Positions 34,215-43,170 of a stretch of 64,000 nt of DNA are shown one piece after another. The stretch is from Mantamonas sphyraenae STR306 (Eukaryota > Protista > CRuMs). The notes under the pieces were generated by a model. The model saw only the letters and a list, made by a program, of their open reading frames with translations. It was not told where the DNA came from and searched no databases. The DNA is taken from the NCBI GenBank assembly GCA_026936335.1, contig JAPMXV010000034.1:372001-436000 (forward strand), written 5' to 3'. Within the stretch, counting starts at the first letter, position 1. Each line of letters starts with the position of its first letter. Both the position numbers and the translations under genes were made by a program.

Positions 34215-36592
34215 CGTCGCAAAATCAAACAAAAGACTCTTTTCTGATGCAGGTGCGGAAGCGTGCAGTGTTGTGGGCGGCGGTGGTGGTGATGCTGGGA
34301 GCGGCGTGCTGGGGAGCCAAGGTGGAGGAGGGTGGGGACGGAGGGATCAGCAAGGCGGTGGAAACGCCTGCGTGGCGTGCGCTGGAAAGGCTGCCGGCGG
34401 ATGTGGAGGAGCGGGTGGAGGCGAAAATGGCACGGGTGGCGTTCCGGTTTGCGGACAAGACGCTTGGGAAACGGTATAGGTTTGAGGAGGCGGAGCACAG
34501 CGCGGCGACGGTGGTGATTGTGGTGGGGGACGTGCGTGTGTACGACGAGGAAGGGCGGCTGGAGGCGTTTGAAGGGAGTGAGGAGGCGTTGCTGGAGTTT
34601 GCCGAGGCGGCGATGGGGTCGGAGGAGTTTCGTAGCAAGGGAGGGGGAGTGGGGAGGGAGGATGGGGAGGAGGGGGAGGAGGGGGAGGAGGGGGAGGACG
34701 GGGAGGAGGGGTATGAGGATATGGGGCTGGGGCTGGGGCTGGGGCTGGGGCTGGGGGGGGACGGGGACGGGGAGGAGTTTCCGTCTGTGTCGCCTGCGGA
34801 CCCAGAGACGACATTGACGCCGTACGGGCACGGGAGGGATGAGGAGTACAAGGAAGTGTACAGGGTGCTGGTGAGCAACGGGTCGGCGACGTCGTACGAG
34901 GAGAAACTGGAGGCGATGGGGCGGCTGGAGTCGCTGGTGGAGGGGAAGCACGGAGGGGCGATGAACGTGCTGGGGGACATCTATCGGGACGGGGAACTGG
35001 TGGAACGGAACGGGACGCGAGCACTGGAGCTGTACAAAGGGGCGGCGGAGGTTGGAGACCCGCAGGGGCAACGGTCGGTGGGGTTTGCGGCGCTGGAGAG
35101 CGGGGAGCGAGGGGTGGGGCTGTTGCATCTGGAGTTTGCGGCGCGGGGAGGAGACATGGAAGCGATGATGGCGCTTGGGCATCGGCATCTGTACGGGCAC
35201 GGGGTGCCAAAGTCGTGTTTGGCGGCGGCGCGGTACTACGGGGCGGTGGCGCAGGAGGTGGTGTACCAGATCCAGGAAGAAGGGCTGGCAACGGTGGTGG
35301 AGCGGGATAGGCTGAGTGACGACGAGTTGGACGTGAATGCGCGGCGGAAACACCGGGACGCGCAGGTGGTGGGGTTCTACAGGCACAACGCGGAGATGGG
35401 AGACGCGAACGCACAGGTGGCGATGGGAGACATCCACTACTACGGGATGCACGGGCAGGCGCGGGATGCGGCGGCGGCCGGGCGGTACTACCGGCAGGCG
35501 GCGAACCGGGGCAACGCGCTGGGCCAGGCCGGGCTGGGCCACATGTATGCGCAGGGGACGGGGGTCACACAGAACAACGAGACGGCGCTGCGGTTGTACC
35601 GGATGGCGGCGGGGAAGAATGAGCCGAGCGCGATGAACGGGCTGGGGTTTATGTACATGTACGGGTACGGGGTCAAGGTGAACCTGACGATGGCAATGGA
35701 CTACTTCACGCGGGCGGCACACATGGGCAACACGGAAGGGCAGCTGAACCTGGGACTGGTGTACATGACGGGGATGGGCAAGGTGGGGAAGGACGTGCGG
35801 AAGGCGGTGCAGTACCTGCAAATGGCGGCGAACCAGGGCCAGGTGGAGGCGATGTACCACCTGGGGCGGATGCACGAGGAGGGGCTGGGCACGGCGCGGT
35901 CGTGCGCACAGGCGGTGCAGCTGTACAAAACGGTGAGCGAGCGGGGCGGAGTGGGGGCCGGGCTGGGCAAGGCGTACGCGCTGTACGAGGACGGGGACGT
36001 GGACGGAGCGCTGGCAGCGTACGAGCGGCTGGCCGGGATGGGGTTTGAGCTGGCGGCAAGCAACGCCGCGTGGATTTATGACCGGGTGCTGGCGAGCGGG
36101 GAGGAGAGGCACAGGCGTGCGCTGCGGTACTACATGCAGGCGGCGGAGCAGGGGAACGTGGACGCCAAGTCGCGCATGGGGGACCTGGCGTTTTACGGTC
36201 TGGGGCGGAACGTGTCGTACGAGCGTGCGGTGGAGTACTACGCGGAGGCGGCAGCGTTTAGGCACCCGCAGGCGATGTTCAACCTGGCGTGGATGCACCA
36301 GATGGGCCTGGGGATCGCGCAGGACTTTCATCTGGCGAAACGGTACTACGATTTGGTGGCGGAGACGAGCGCAAGCGGTTGGGTGCCGGCACGGCTGGCA
36401 GAGGTGGGGCTGGCGGCGCAGTTTGTGTGGACGACGCGGTGGGAGGAGGTGGAGGGGGCGGTGGGGAGGGTGGAGTGGCCAGAGTGGGTCGTGGAGGTGT
36501 GGGAGTGGTGTGATTTGGACGGGGTGTTGGTGGTGGTGTTGGCGGTGGTGTTGGCGGTGGTGGTGGGGGTGAAGTGGGTGGTGGTTGGGTGA
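34211..36592 (+). CDS. SEL1L: SEL1L/HRD3, luminal ERAD adaptor (start at ATG 34211 or 34247)
   Basis: Signal-like segment, many Sel1 repeats, AMMALGHRHLYGHGVPKSC, AASNAAWI, QAMFNLAWMHQMGLGIAQDFHLAKRYYD, C-terminal TM helix. Confidence 0.92.
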   Translation: MTSQNQTKDSFLMQVRKRAVLWAAVVVMLGAACWGAKVEEGGDGGISKAVETPAWRALERLPADVEERVEAKMARVAFRFADKTLGKRYRFEEAEHSAATVVIVVGDVRVYDEEGRLEAFEGSEEALLEFAEAAMGSEEFRSKGGGVGREDGEEGEEGEEGEDGEEGYEDMGLGLGLGLGLGGDGDGEEFPSVSPADPETTLTPYGHGRDEEYKEVYRVLVSNGSATSYEEKLEAMGRLESLVEGKHGGAMNVLGDIYRDGELVERNGTRALELYKGAAEVGDPQGQRSVGFAALESGERGVGLLHLEFAARGGDMEAMMALGHRHLYGHGVPKSCLAAARYYGAVAQEVVYQIQEEGLATVVERDRLSDDELDVNARRKHRDAQVVGFYRHNAEMGDANAQVAMGDIHYYGMHGQARDAAAAGRYYRQAANRGNALGQAGLGHMYAQGTGVTQNNETALRLYRMAAGKNEPSAMNGLGFMYMYGYGVKVNLTMAMDYFTRAAHMGNTEGQLNLGLVYMTGMGKVGKDVRKAVQYLQMAANQGQVEAMYHLGRMHEEGLGTARSCAQAVQLYKTVSERGGVGAGLGKAYALYEDGDVDGALAAYERLAGMGFELAASNAAWIYDRVLASGEERHRRALRYYMQAAEQGNVDAKSRMGDLAFYGLGRNVSYERAVEYYAEAAAFRHPQAMFNLAWMHQMGLGIAQDFHLAKRYYDLVAETSASGWVPARLAEVGLAAQFVWTTRWEEVEGAVGRVEWPEWVVEVWEWCDLDGVLVVVLAVVLAVVVGVKWVVVG

Positions 36593-36636
36593 GGGGGGGG
36601 TGGGGCTGTGGGAGCTGAGCCAAACAAATTCGCCCG

Positions 36637-38638
36637 ATGAGCAACAAGCGCATTTCGTACTTTTACGACGGTGAGTCCTGCATGTACATGCCTACGCACA
36701 GGGATGCGCCGCCTTTGCTGACTAAAGTGCACCATGGGCGTACACAGCGGAGCTGGGAGACTTCCACTACGGGCCAGGCCACCCGATGAAACCGCATCGC
36801 ATTCGCATGACGCATAACCTGCTGATGAACTACAACGGGATGTACGACGCTATGGACATCTATGTAGGTGGAACCGATTGTGCTGGGCTGTGTCTCTTGC
36901 GCTGCATGCTCGGGTGTGCCCCATCGTGCAGGTGGCCGGCCTCGCCCCGGCGTGGAAAAGAGGGGATCAAGGGTCGACACGAGAGACAGGCTGACACACA
37001 GCACACGCACACAGCGTCCACGCCACGCCTCCTTCAAGGAGATGACCAAGTTCCACGCCGATGATTATGTGGACTTTCTCCGGCGTATCTGCCCTGACAA
37101 CATGGAGACGTACTCGAAGCAGCTGCACCGGTGTACGTCAGCTCGCGAGCGAGGTGGCCAAAGTGCCCGCCGCTGACACGCTTCCGCCACCGCCACCGCC
37201 ACCGCCACCGCCACCGCCACCACCGCATGCACAGTCAACGTGGGCGAAGACTGCCCCGTGTACGAGGGCCTGTACGAGTTTTGCCAGCTCAGCGCAGGCG
37301 GTAGCGTCGGTAAGTTGGAAGATTGAGTGATGATTCCGTCGGGAAACGCGCAGCAGCTCTGCTTCTTTCTGACACGTTGGCCGCGGGATCAGACGGCGCC
37401 GCAAAGATCAACACAGAACAGTGCGACATTGCGATCAACTGGGCTGGCGGGCTGCACCACGCGAAAAAGAGCGAGGCGAGCGGGTTCTGCTACGTGAACG
37501 ACATTGTGCTCGGGATCCTCGAGCTGCTCAAGTAGGTGGGGGTTGGTGTGCGCAGGTAGACTGCATGGACGACACACTCACATGGACACACAGACACCAC
37601 CAGCGTGTGATGTACCTGGACATTGACATCCACCACGGGGACGGGGTCGAAGAGGCGTTTTACACGACGGACCGGGTCATGACGGTGTCCTTCCACAAGT
37701 ACGGCGAGTACTTCCCGGGCACAGGCGACGTCAAGGACGCCGGAGCAGGCAAGGGCAAGAACTATTCGATCAATTTCCCGCTGAACGACGGGATTGACGA
37801 CGAGTCGTACCGCAGCATCTTTGTGCCTGTGATGCAGGCGGTGATGGACAGCTTCCGCCCGGGAGCCATTGTGATGCAATGCGGAGCGGACTCACTGAGT
37901 GGAGATCGGCTGGGCTGCTTCAACCTGTCGCTGAAGGGCCACGGTGAGTGCGTGGAGTTTATGAAGAGCTTTGGGGTGCCGATGCTGGTCCTGGGCGGTG
38001 GCGGGTACACGATCCGCAACGTGGCGCGCTGCTGGGCGTACGAGACGTCACTGTTGCTGGACCGCCAGATTGACGACGAGCTGCCGTACAACGACTACTT
38101 TGAGTACTTTGGGCCGGACTTTCGCCTGCACATCCCGACGAGCAACATGGAGAATCTGAACAGCAAAAAGTTCCTGGAAGACACAAAAATCGAGCTGTTG
38201 GAGTACCTGCGGCAGTTGGACCACGCACCCAGCGTGCAGCAGCACATGCCGCCGCCCGACCACGAGCTGCCTTCGGACGACGACGAGGACAAGGACCCCG
38301 AGGTGCGCATCTCTGAGCGCGATCTCGACAAGCGGTTGGTGTCGAACGAAGAGTTTTCGGACAGCGGCGACGAGGGCGACGGACGGCGGAACAACGACGG
38401 GGACGACGACGACGAAATGATGCACAAGCGGCCGTCGCAGATCAGGCGGGAAACGGCAGCCAAGGGCAAAGCCAAGGCCGAGGGAGCGGCCTCCAGCAGT
38501 CGCTTTGTGGCCGGAAAGGACGTCCCACAGCTGCAGGATGTCGTGTCTGGCGCAGGGGCGAAGAAGGGTGCAAAGAAGGAGGAGGTCCCGGCGGACGGGG
38601 ACAAGGAGGAGGATGGGACTATGGATGTGGAAGAATGA
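36637..38638 (+). CDS. HDAC1: Class I histone deacetylase (HDAC1/2/Rpd3); exons 36637-36670, 36748-36863, 37015-37132, 37235-37309, 37393-37531, 37594-38638
   Basis: [71 protein letters not shown]; five in-phase GT-AG introns. Confidence 0.95.
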
Positions 38639-38669
38639 AGAATGAAGAATGAATGAATGGGTTGGGGTT

Positions 38670-39692
38670 TTACTCGACACGAACCAGCCGGATCTTTCGC
38701 TTTTGTGAGGGCGAATACAGCAGGTTCTGCTTGCGAAAGCTGGAGGAGGAGGAGGAGGCGGAGGAGGAGGAGGAGGAGGCGGAGGAGGAGGGAGGGACGT
38801 AGTAGAGAGGTTCGGGCTCGGGTTCGGGGTCGTGCGAGTCCTGGGGCACGTCAGAGGCGTCGAGGTCGGATGCAGGGCGTGGGCGCTTGCGTGAGAGCGT
38901 GGCGAGGAGGCGCTGCTTCTCGAGGTCGACAAGGCTGGTGGGCAGGGCTGCATCGCAGATGGCAAAGGCCACGTCGTCGCCCGAGGTGGTGATGGTGGCC
39001 TGGGAGGGATCTGTGGTGACGGCGCCGGCAGCCAGGGTGACGAGCGGGGCAAAGGCCTTGTGGTCGGCGTCGGAGGGAAAGTAGACGGTGTGGCCTTGGT
39101 ATAGTGTGTGTCGCTTGCCAGTGTGTGCATAGGGGTTGTGGAGGGCAAGGAGGTCGTCGTGGATGGGCGCGCGCACGTCGTCGGAGACGGTGAGGGTGTG
39201 GAGGAAGGCCGGAGAGACGACAGGGACGCCGTAGATGAGGGCCTGCAGGAGCTTGGTGGTGATCTTGAGAGGGTCCATGATGAGGACAGTTGTGGAAGGA
39301 GTCAGGGCAGGGGCAAGGGTGGCTCCGACGGAGGCCAGGTCCTTGGCCAGGGTGGCGCGCGCGAGGGACGTCAGGCCAGAGGAGGCGGCCACGACATCCC
39401 AGTGTGTGACGTAAAGGTGGTTTCGAGAGGCGCCGAGTTGGTATGTGTGGTCGTGGGCGAGGACGGGGGAGTCGGAGGGGTCGTAGTGGGTGTGTGTGGT
39501 GAGGTCTGTGAGGCCGAAGCGGGAGTGGATGATCAGCTGGGGCGGGGCGGAGGTGTCTGTCCAGCGCAGGGTCAGGTGGAGACGGGAGACGTTCTTGTCC
39601 ATGATGGGCACGGTGCAATCCTTGCGGCCGAGGGTGGTGTCGCCCGCACGGAGGATGTGGGTGTGGTTGGCGATGGAAAGGCGCCAAGGCAT
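38670..39692 (-). CDS. NBS1: Nibrin/NBS1-like (FHA, BRCT, C-terminal Mre11-binding-like FRKQ)
   Basis: FHA GRKDC..VSRLH..SRFG directly followed by BRCT (ITTKLLQALIYGVPVVSPAFL; RHTLYQG). Confidence 0.75.
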   Translation of the reverse strand: MPWRLSIANHTHILRAGDTTLGRKDCTVPIMDKNVSRLHLTLRWTDTSAPPQLIIHSRFGLTDLTTHTHYDPSDSPVLAHDHTYQLGASRNHLYVTHWDVVAASSGLTSLARATLAKDLASVGATLAPALTPSTTVLIMDPLKITTKLLQALIYGVPVVSPAFLHTLTVSDDVRAPIHDDLLALHNPYAHTGKRHTLYQGHTVYFPSDADHKAFAPLVTLAAGAVTTDPSQATITTSGDDVAFAICDAALPTSLVDLEKQRLLATLSRKRPRPASDLDASDVPQDSHDPEPEPEPLYYVPPSSSASSSSSSASSSSSSFRKQNLLYSPSQKRKIRLVRVE

Positions 39693-39754
39693 GGATAAAT
39701 AGGGGGGTTGTATTGGGTGTGGGGGGGGGGGGAGGGGGGGGAGGGGGGGGTGGA

Positions 39755-40228
39755 CTAGGGCTCCTCCATGGCGAGGGCAAGGTCGGCAAAGGTGGGCAGG
39801 GAGTCGTCGAGATCGAGGTAGGAGACGAGGACGGAACGGGAGGAGGAGGAGGAGGAGGTGGTGGTGGTGCGCAAGGAAAAGTCAAGGTAGCGGGAGAGGA
39901 GTGACTGGCGGAGGACGGTCTGGGTGGCGCCTGGAATGAGGCGTGCGAGGGCGGGGAGGTCGTTGGGGGCGCAGCCGAGGAGGGCGGTGGCGACGTCGTC
40001 AAAGGCAACGGCGGGGAGGACAAGGTCACCACTGGCGAGCTGGAGGTCTAGAGTGGCGAGCCATGACGGGGTGGAGGAGTGGGAGAAGGATTTTGGGCAG
40101 TAGAGAGGGGCGTCGTTGTGGACGAGAGCGTCGAGGTCAATGTCGCCGTACTTGAGGCGGAGCGGGGCAGAGCAGGATGGGCAGAGTGGAGTGAGGGTGA
40201 GGGAGGCGTCGAGGATGTGGCCAAGCAT
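39755..40228 (-). CDS. Small OB-fold/zinc-ribbon protein resembling the RPA1 C-terminal DNA-binding domain, 157 aa
   Basis: PLCPSC...YCPK...WLATLDLQLASG..AVAFDDVATALLGC pattern typical of Rep_fac-A_C-like domains. Confidence 0.55.
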   Translation of the reverse strand: MLGHILDASLTLTPLCPSCSAPLRLKYGDIDLDALVHNDAPLYCPKSFSHSSTPSWLATLDLQLASGDLVLPAVAFDDVATALLGCAPNDLPALARLIPGATQTVLRQSLLSRYLDFSLRTTTTSSSSSSRSVLVSYLDLDDSLPTFADLALAMEEP

Positions 40229-40436
40229 CGGGTGGGGTAGGGGGGGGGAAAAGGGGGGGGGGTATGGGGGGAACGGGAGTAGGCGGGCGGGTAGGTTTGG
40301 GTGAGTTGGGGGGGAGGGGGGGGAGGGGGGGGGAGGGGAGATGAGGGTGGGGGGAGTGGGGAGTGGGGGTGGGAGTGGGGGTGGAGAGGGGAACAAATGG
40401 ATTGAGGGTGGGGTGATGATGGTGTGGTGGGAATGC

Positions 40437-40452
40437 AGAGAGAGAGAGAGAG

Positions 40453-40492
<40 letters not shown>
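40437..40492. repeat. Compound (GA)n(GT)n microsatellite (mirrored near 53737-53790)
   Basis: Directly visible. Confidence 0.9.
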
Positions 40493-40495
<3 letters not shown>

Positions 40496-40582
40496 TGGAG
40501 GAATGAAGAAAGCAGGAGCATGAGCGCTGGGCAGATGAGAGAGAGAGTGTGTGTGTGTGTGTGCGAGTGTGTGTGGGTCACG

Positions 40583-40776
40583 GGGAGGCCGCGGGGGTTG
40601 GATTTGTGACCAACCCCCACCGGATCCAATGTCAAGGGTTGGGGTGGCACCGGGAAGGGTCCTCCCTACCATGATACCGAAAGACTGGGTTCTTATTGTT
40701 GGTGGCTTTTCTTCTGTTCTCGTGTTGATGGACGGGGGCGGGTGACCGTCGCGTGGCGCGAGTGAGAGAAAAGCCA
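40583..40776 (+). ncRNA. Candidate structured RNA of unknown family (second copy about 53458-53650, minus strand)
   Basis: Several nested helices, including a 74-nt hairpin with G-U pairs; see findings. Confidence 0.35.
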
Positions 40777-40866
40777 TGCAGGGACAGCCGTGTGAGCGCG
40801 AGGGTGTTTGCGCATAGCGGACAAGCAAGTGTTTCTGTGTATGATCGTCTCAATAGTTTCGAAGAA

Positions 40867-40939
40867 GGTCGATTAGCTCAGTCGGTAGAGCATGGTGCTA
40901 ATAACGCCAGGGTCATGGGTTCGAGCCCCATATTGACCA
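40867..40939 (+). tRNA. tRNA-Ile(AAT)
   Basis: Acceptor stem GGTCGAT/ATTGACC, D-arm TAGCTCAGTCGGTAGAGC, anticodon loop CTAATAA, T-loop GGTTCGAGCC, followed by T-runs (Pol III terminator). Confidence 0.97.
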
Positions 40940-41314
40940 ACTTTGTTTTATTGACCAATTTTGTTTTTTTGCCTTTTTCTCGCTTAATACGCATGCTATC
41001 CACGATCCTATCATCCCACTACTCTTCTTTTCCACCATTCTATCACCTCGCAAAGTCTCGGCTCTCCACCACCACTTTGAACCATTCCAGACTCGGAGCA
41101 TCTTTCTTCCACTATTTCCTCCATCGCCATCCCCCATCCCCTCCTCAACACACCCACCCTTCTCCTATCTCATTATTGCTCCTCCCCTTCCATCCTCCCT
41201 TCCCCAAACCATCATCCCTCTCATCGCCGCCCGTCTATCTCTCCTTTCACTCTTTCCCACGTTTTGCCTTTCTCATGAAGTGGTTCCCCGCCCCAGTACA
41301 AACACCTTCTATTC

Positions 41315-41348
<34 letters not shown>

Positions 41349-41433
41349 TGCCTCTCCTTGTTGCTTCCTCAACCTCTCTCTTTCACACTCACCATCACAC
41401 ACACAAACATACACACTACACTCGCCCACGTCC

Positions 41434-41503
41434 CCCTGTTCCCTGTTCCCTGTTCCCTGTTCCCTGTTCCCTGTTCCCTGTTCCCTGTTCCCTGTTCACT
41501 GTT
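41434..41503. repeat. 7-bp tandem repeat (CCCTGTT)n, about 9 copies; also near 47635-47728 and inverted near 52731-52800
   Basis: Directly visible. Confidence 0.9.
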
Positions 41504-42154
41504 TCCTTCTCAGCACCTCGCTACACAAACCGCGTCCATCCGCCCTTTCACACTACCTCTTTGCCTCTCCACCCCACCGTCTCTCGTCTCTCCCATCCCT
41601 CCCTCTACATCACCAGTGTTCCCCCTCAAACTACCACACACAGCACACAATTCTACCTCATCATCTCCTCCCCTCCCCACCCAATCCCCAATCCAAACCC
41701 CCCCCCCCCCCAAGAGCACCCTTCCCGGCAAGCTCGACCACACATCCCTCCCATCCTGCCTCCATACACACTTCCAACCCACCACATCACCCTGCAATTG
41801 CTCAACTTCGTCTCCGGTGGCACCCCCCCCTCCCTTCCCCGCATCATCTGGCATTCTTCATTCTCCTCGTCCTTTCTCATCACCAAGCGTCCACACAACC
41901 TCACACGCACCCCCTCCCTCCCCCTCCCCCCCCCGCCCCCTCCCCCCACACACACACTCCTTCCTCTTTCCCTGTCTCACAACATCCAAACAACATCCAC
42001 ACACAACCACACACATCCACACATTCCCACATGCACATCCATTTCCACACACATGCCTATCCACGCCCATTCCAAGCGTCCAAATAGGCGACTTCTCTCC
42101 CTCTCTCCCTCTCTCACTCTCTCCGTGTGTGTGTGTGTGTGTGAGGGGGGGGGG

Positions 42155-43170
42155 TGCCCATTCTCTTGCAATTTCCCACCCTCCCCATCCTTTGCGCCTG
42201 CGTCGCTCGCACACATGCACCTTGACCTCTCTGTCCTCCTGCACCATCTGCTCCACCACCATCGTGCTGATCCGCTGCAGATGCGTGCCCACATCCTCTG
42301 CGTCCTTGCTGTGCCACATGCGCGTGTGTCTCCACGCCTTGCACATGCTGGCATACCTTGCTCCCGTCATCCTGTCCAGCCCCACTCCCAACTCCCACAA
42401 AGTGCATGTGAAAGTTGCGGATCCCACTTGCCCTCAGCTTGGCTGTCAACTCCCTGGCCCCAGCCTGCACCGACCCCGTCTCCTCCCCATCGGTGATCAC
42501 CACCAAGTTGGCGCCTGCACTCTTTCCTGCGTCGCTCCGTGTCTGCCACTGTGCCATGGTGTCCATCACCGTCCATGCCGTCGTACAGCGCCGTGTATCC
42601 GTCCGGCCGGAAGGCACCACTGCTGCCTCCCTGATCCCGCAACACCCTCCCCACATCCTCATCCGTCATCCGTGCCTGCACCAACTGCTCCACCCCACTG
42701 CCATGGCTGCCACACGCCTCCTCCAGCGTGCCCACCGCCTTGTTCAGATCCACCTTGGCTGCCTTGAGTGGCCCAAACACCCTCCTCACCTTGTCCGCAA
42801 AGGTGTACAGGCTCACCCGGTCGCAATCGCGCAGGGCACCCACAGCGGCGCCGAACCCAGCGGCGGCTGCAGACATGCGATCGACCTGCATGGACGTCCT
42901 CGTGTCGACCAGGAAGACCAGGTCAAGCGGAGCCCTGGCCACTCGCTTCTTCTCCGTCGTGATCTTGCTGCCTCGGTGCGTCATGCTCCTTCCTGCCTTT
43001 GCCTTGGTCGTCTTGGCGGCGGCGGCGGCGGTGTTGGGTGTGTTGGTGCTGGTGGTTGTGCAGTGATGGTAGCGACAGCATGCGGGGCCAAATCGGCACC
43101 GTGTGCCCCATGTGCAGTCCTGGGGCTTGTCCGTCTGTGTCCCGCATGTGTTGCATGTGCGTGTGCTCAT
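42155..43170 (-). pseudogene. Cys/His-finger plus vWA-domain pseudogene, copy 1
   Basis: PLDLVFLVDTRTSM, DRVSLYTFAD, GYTALYDG and LVVITDGEE are split over three frames. Confidence 0.75.

Noticed and set aside
11251-38638. Alternative genetic code or non-canonical introns
   Set aside because: Conserved genes read through with the standard code, and all introns I could place are GT-AG
41434-41503. (CCCTGTT)n as an interstitial telomere
   Set aside because: Not a telomere unit I can support, and the organism's telomere repeat is unknown
40753-42767. His/Pro/Ser-rich long ORFs across and after the tRNA (also 46949-48530, 51469-53481)
   Set aside because: Low-complexity C-rich DNA; frames differ between copies through homopolymer indels
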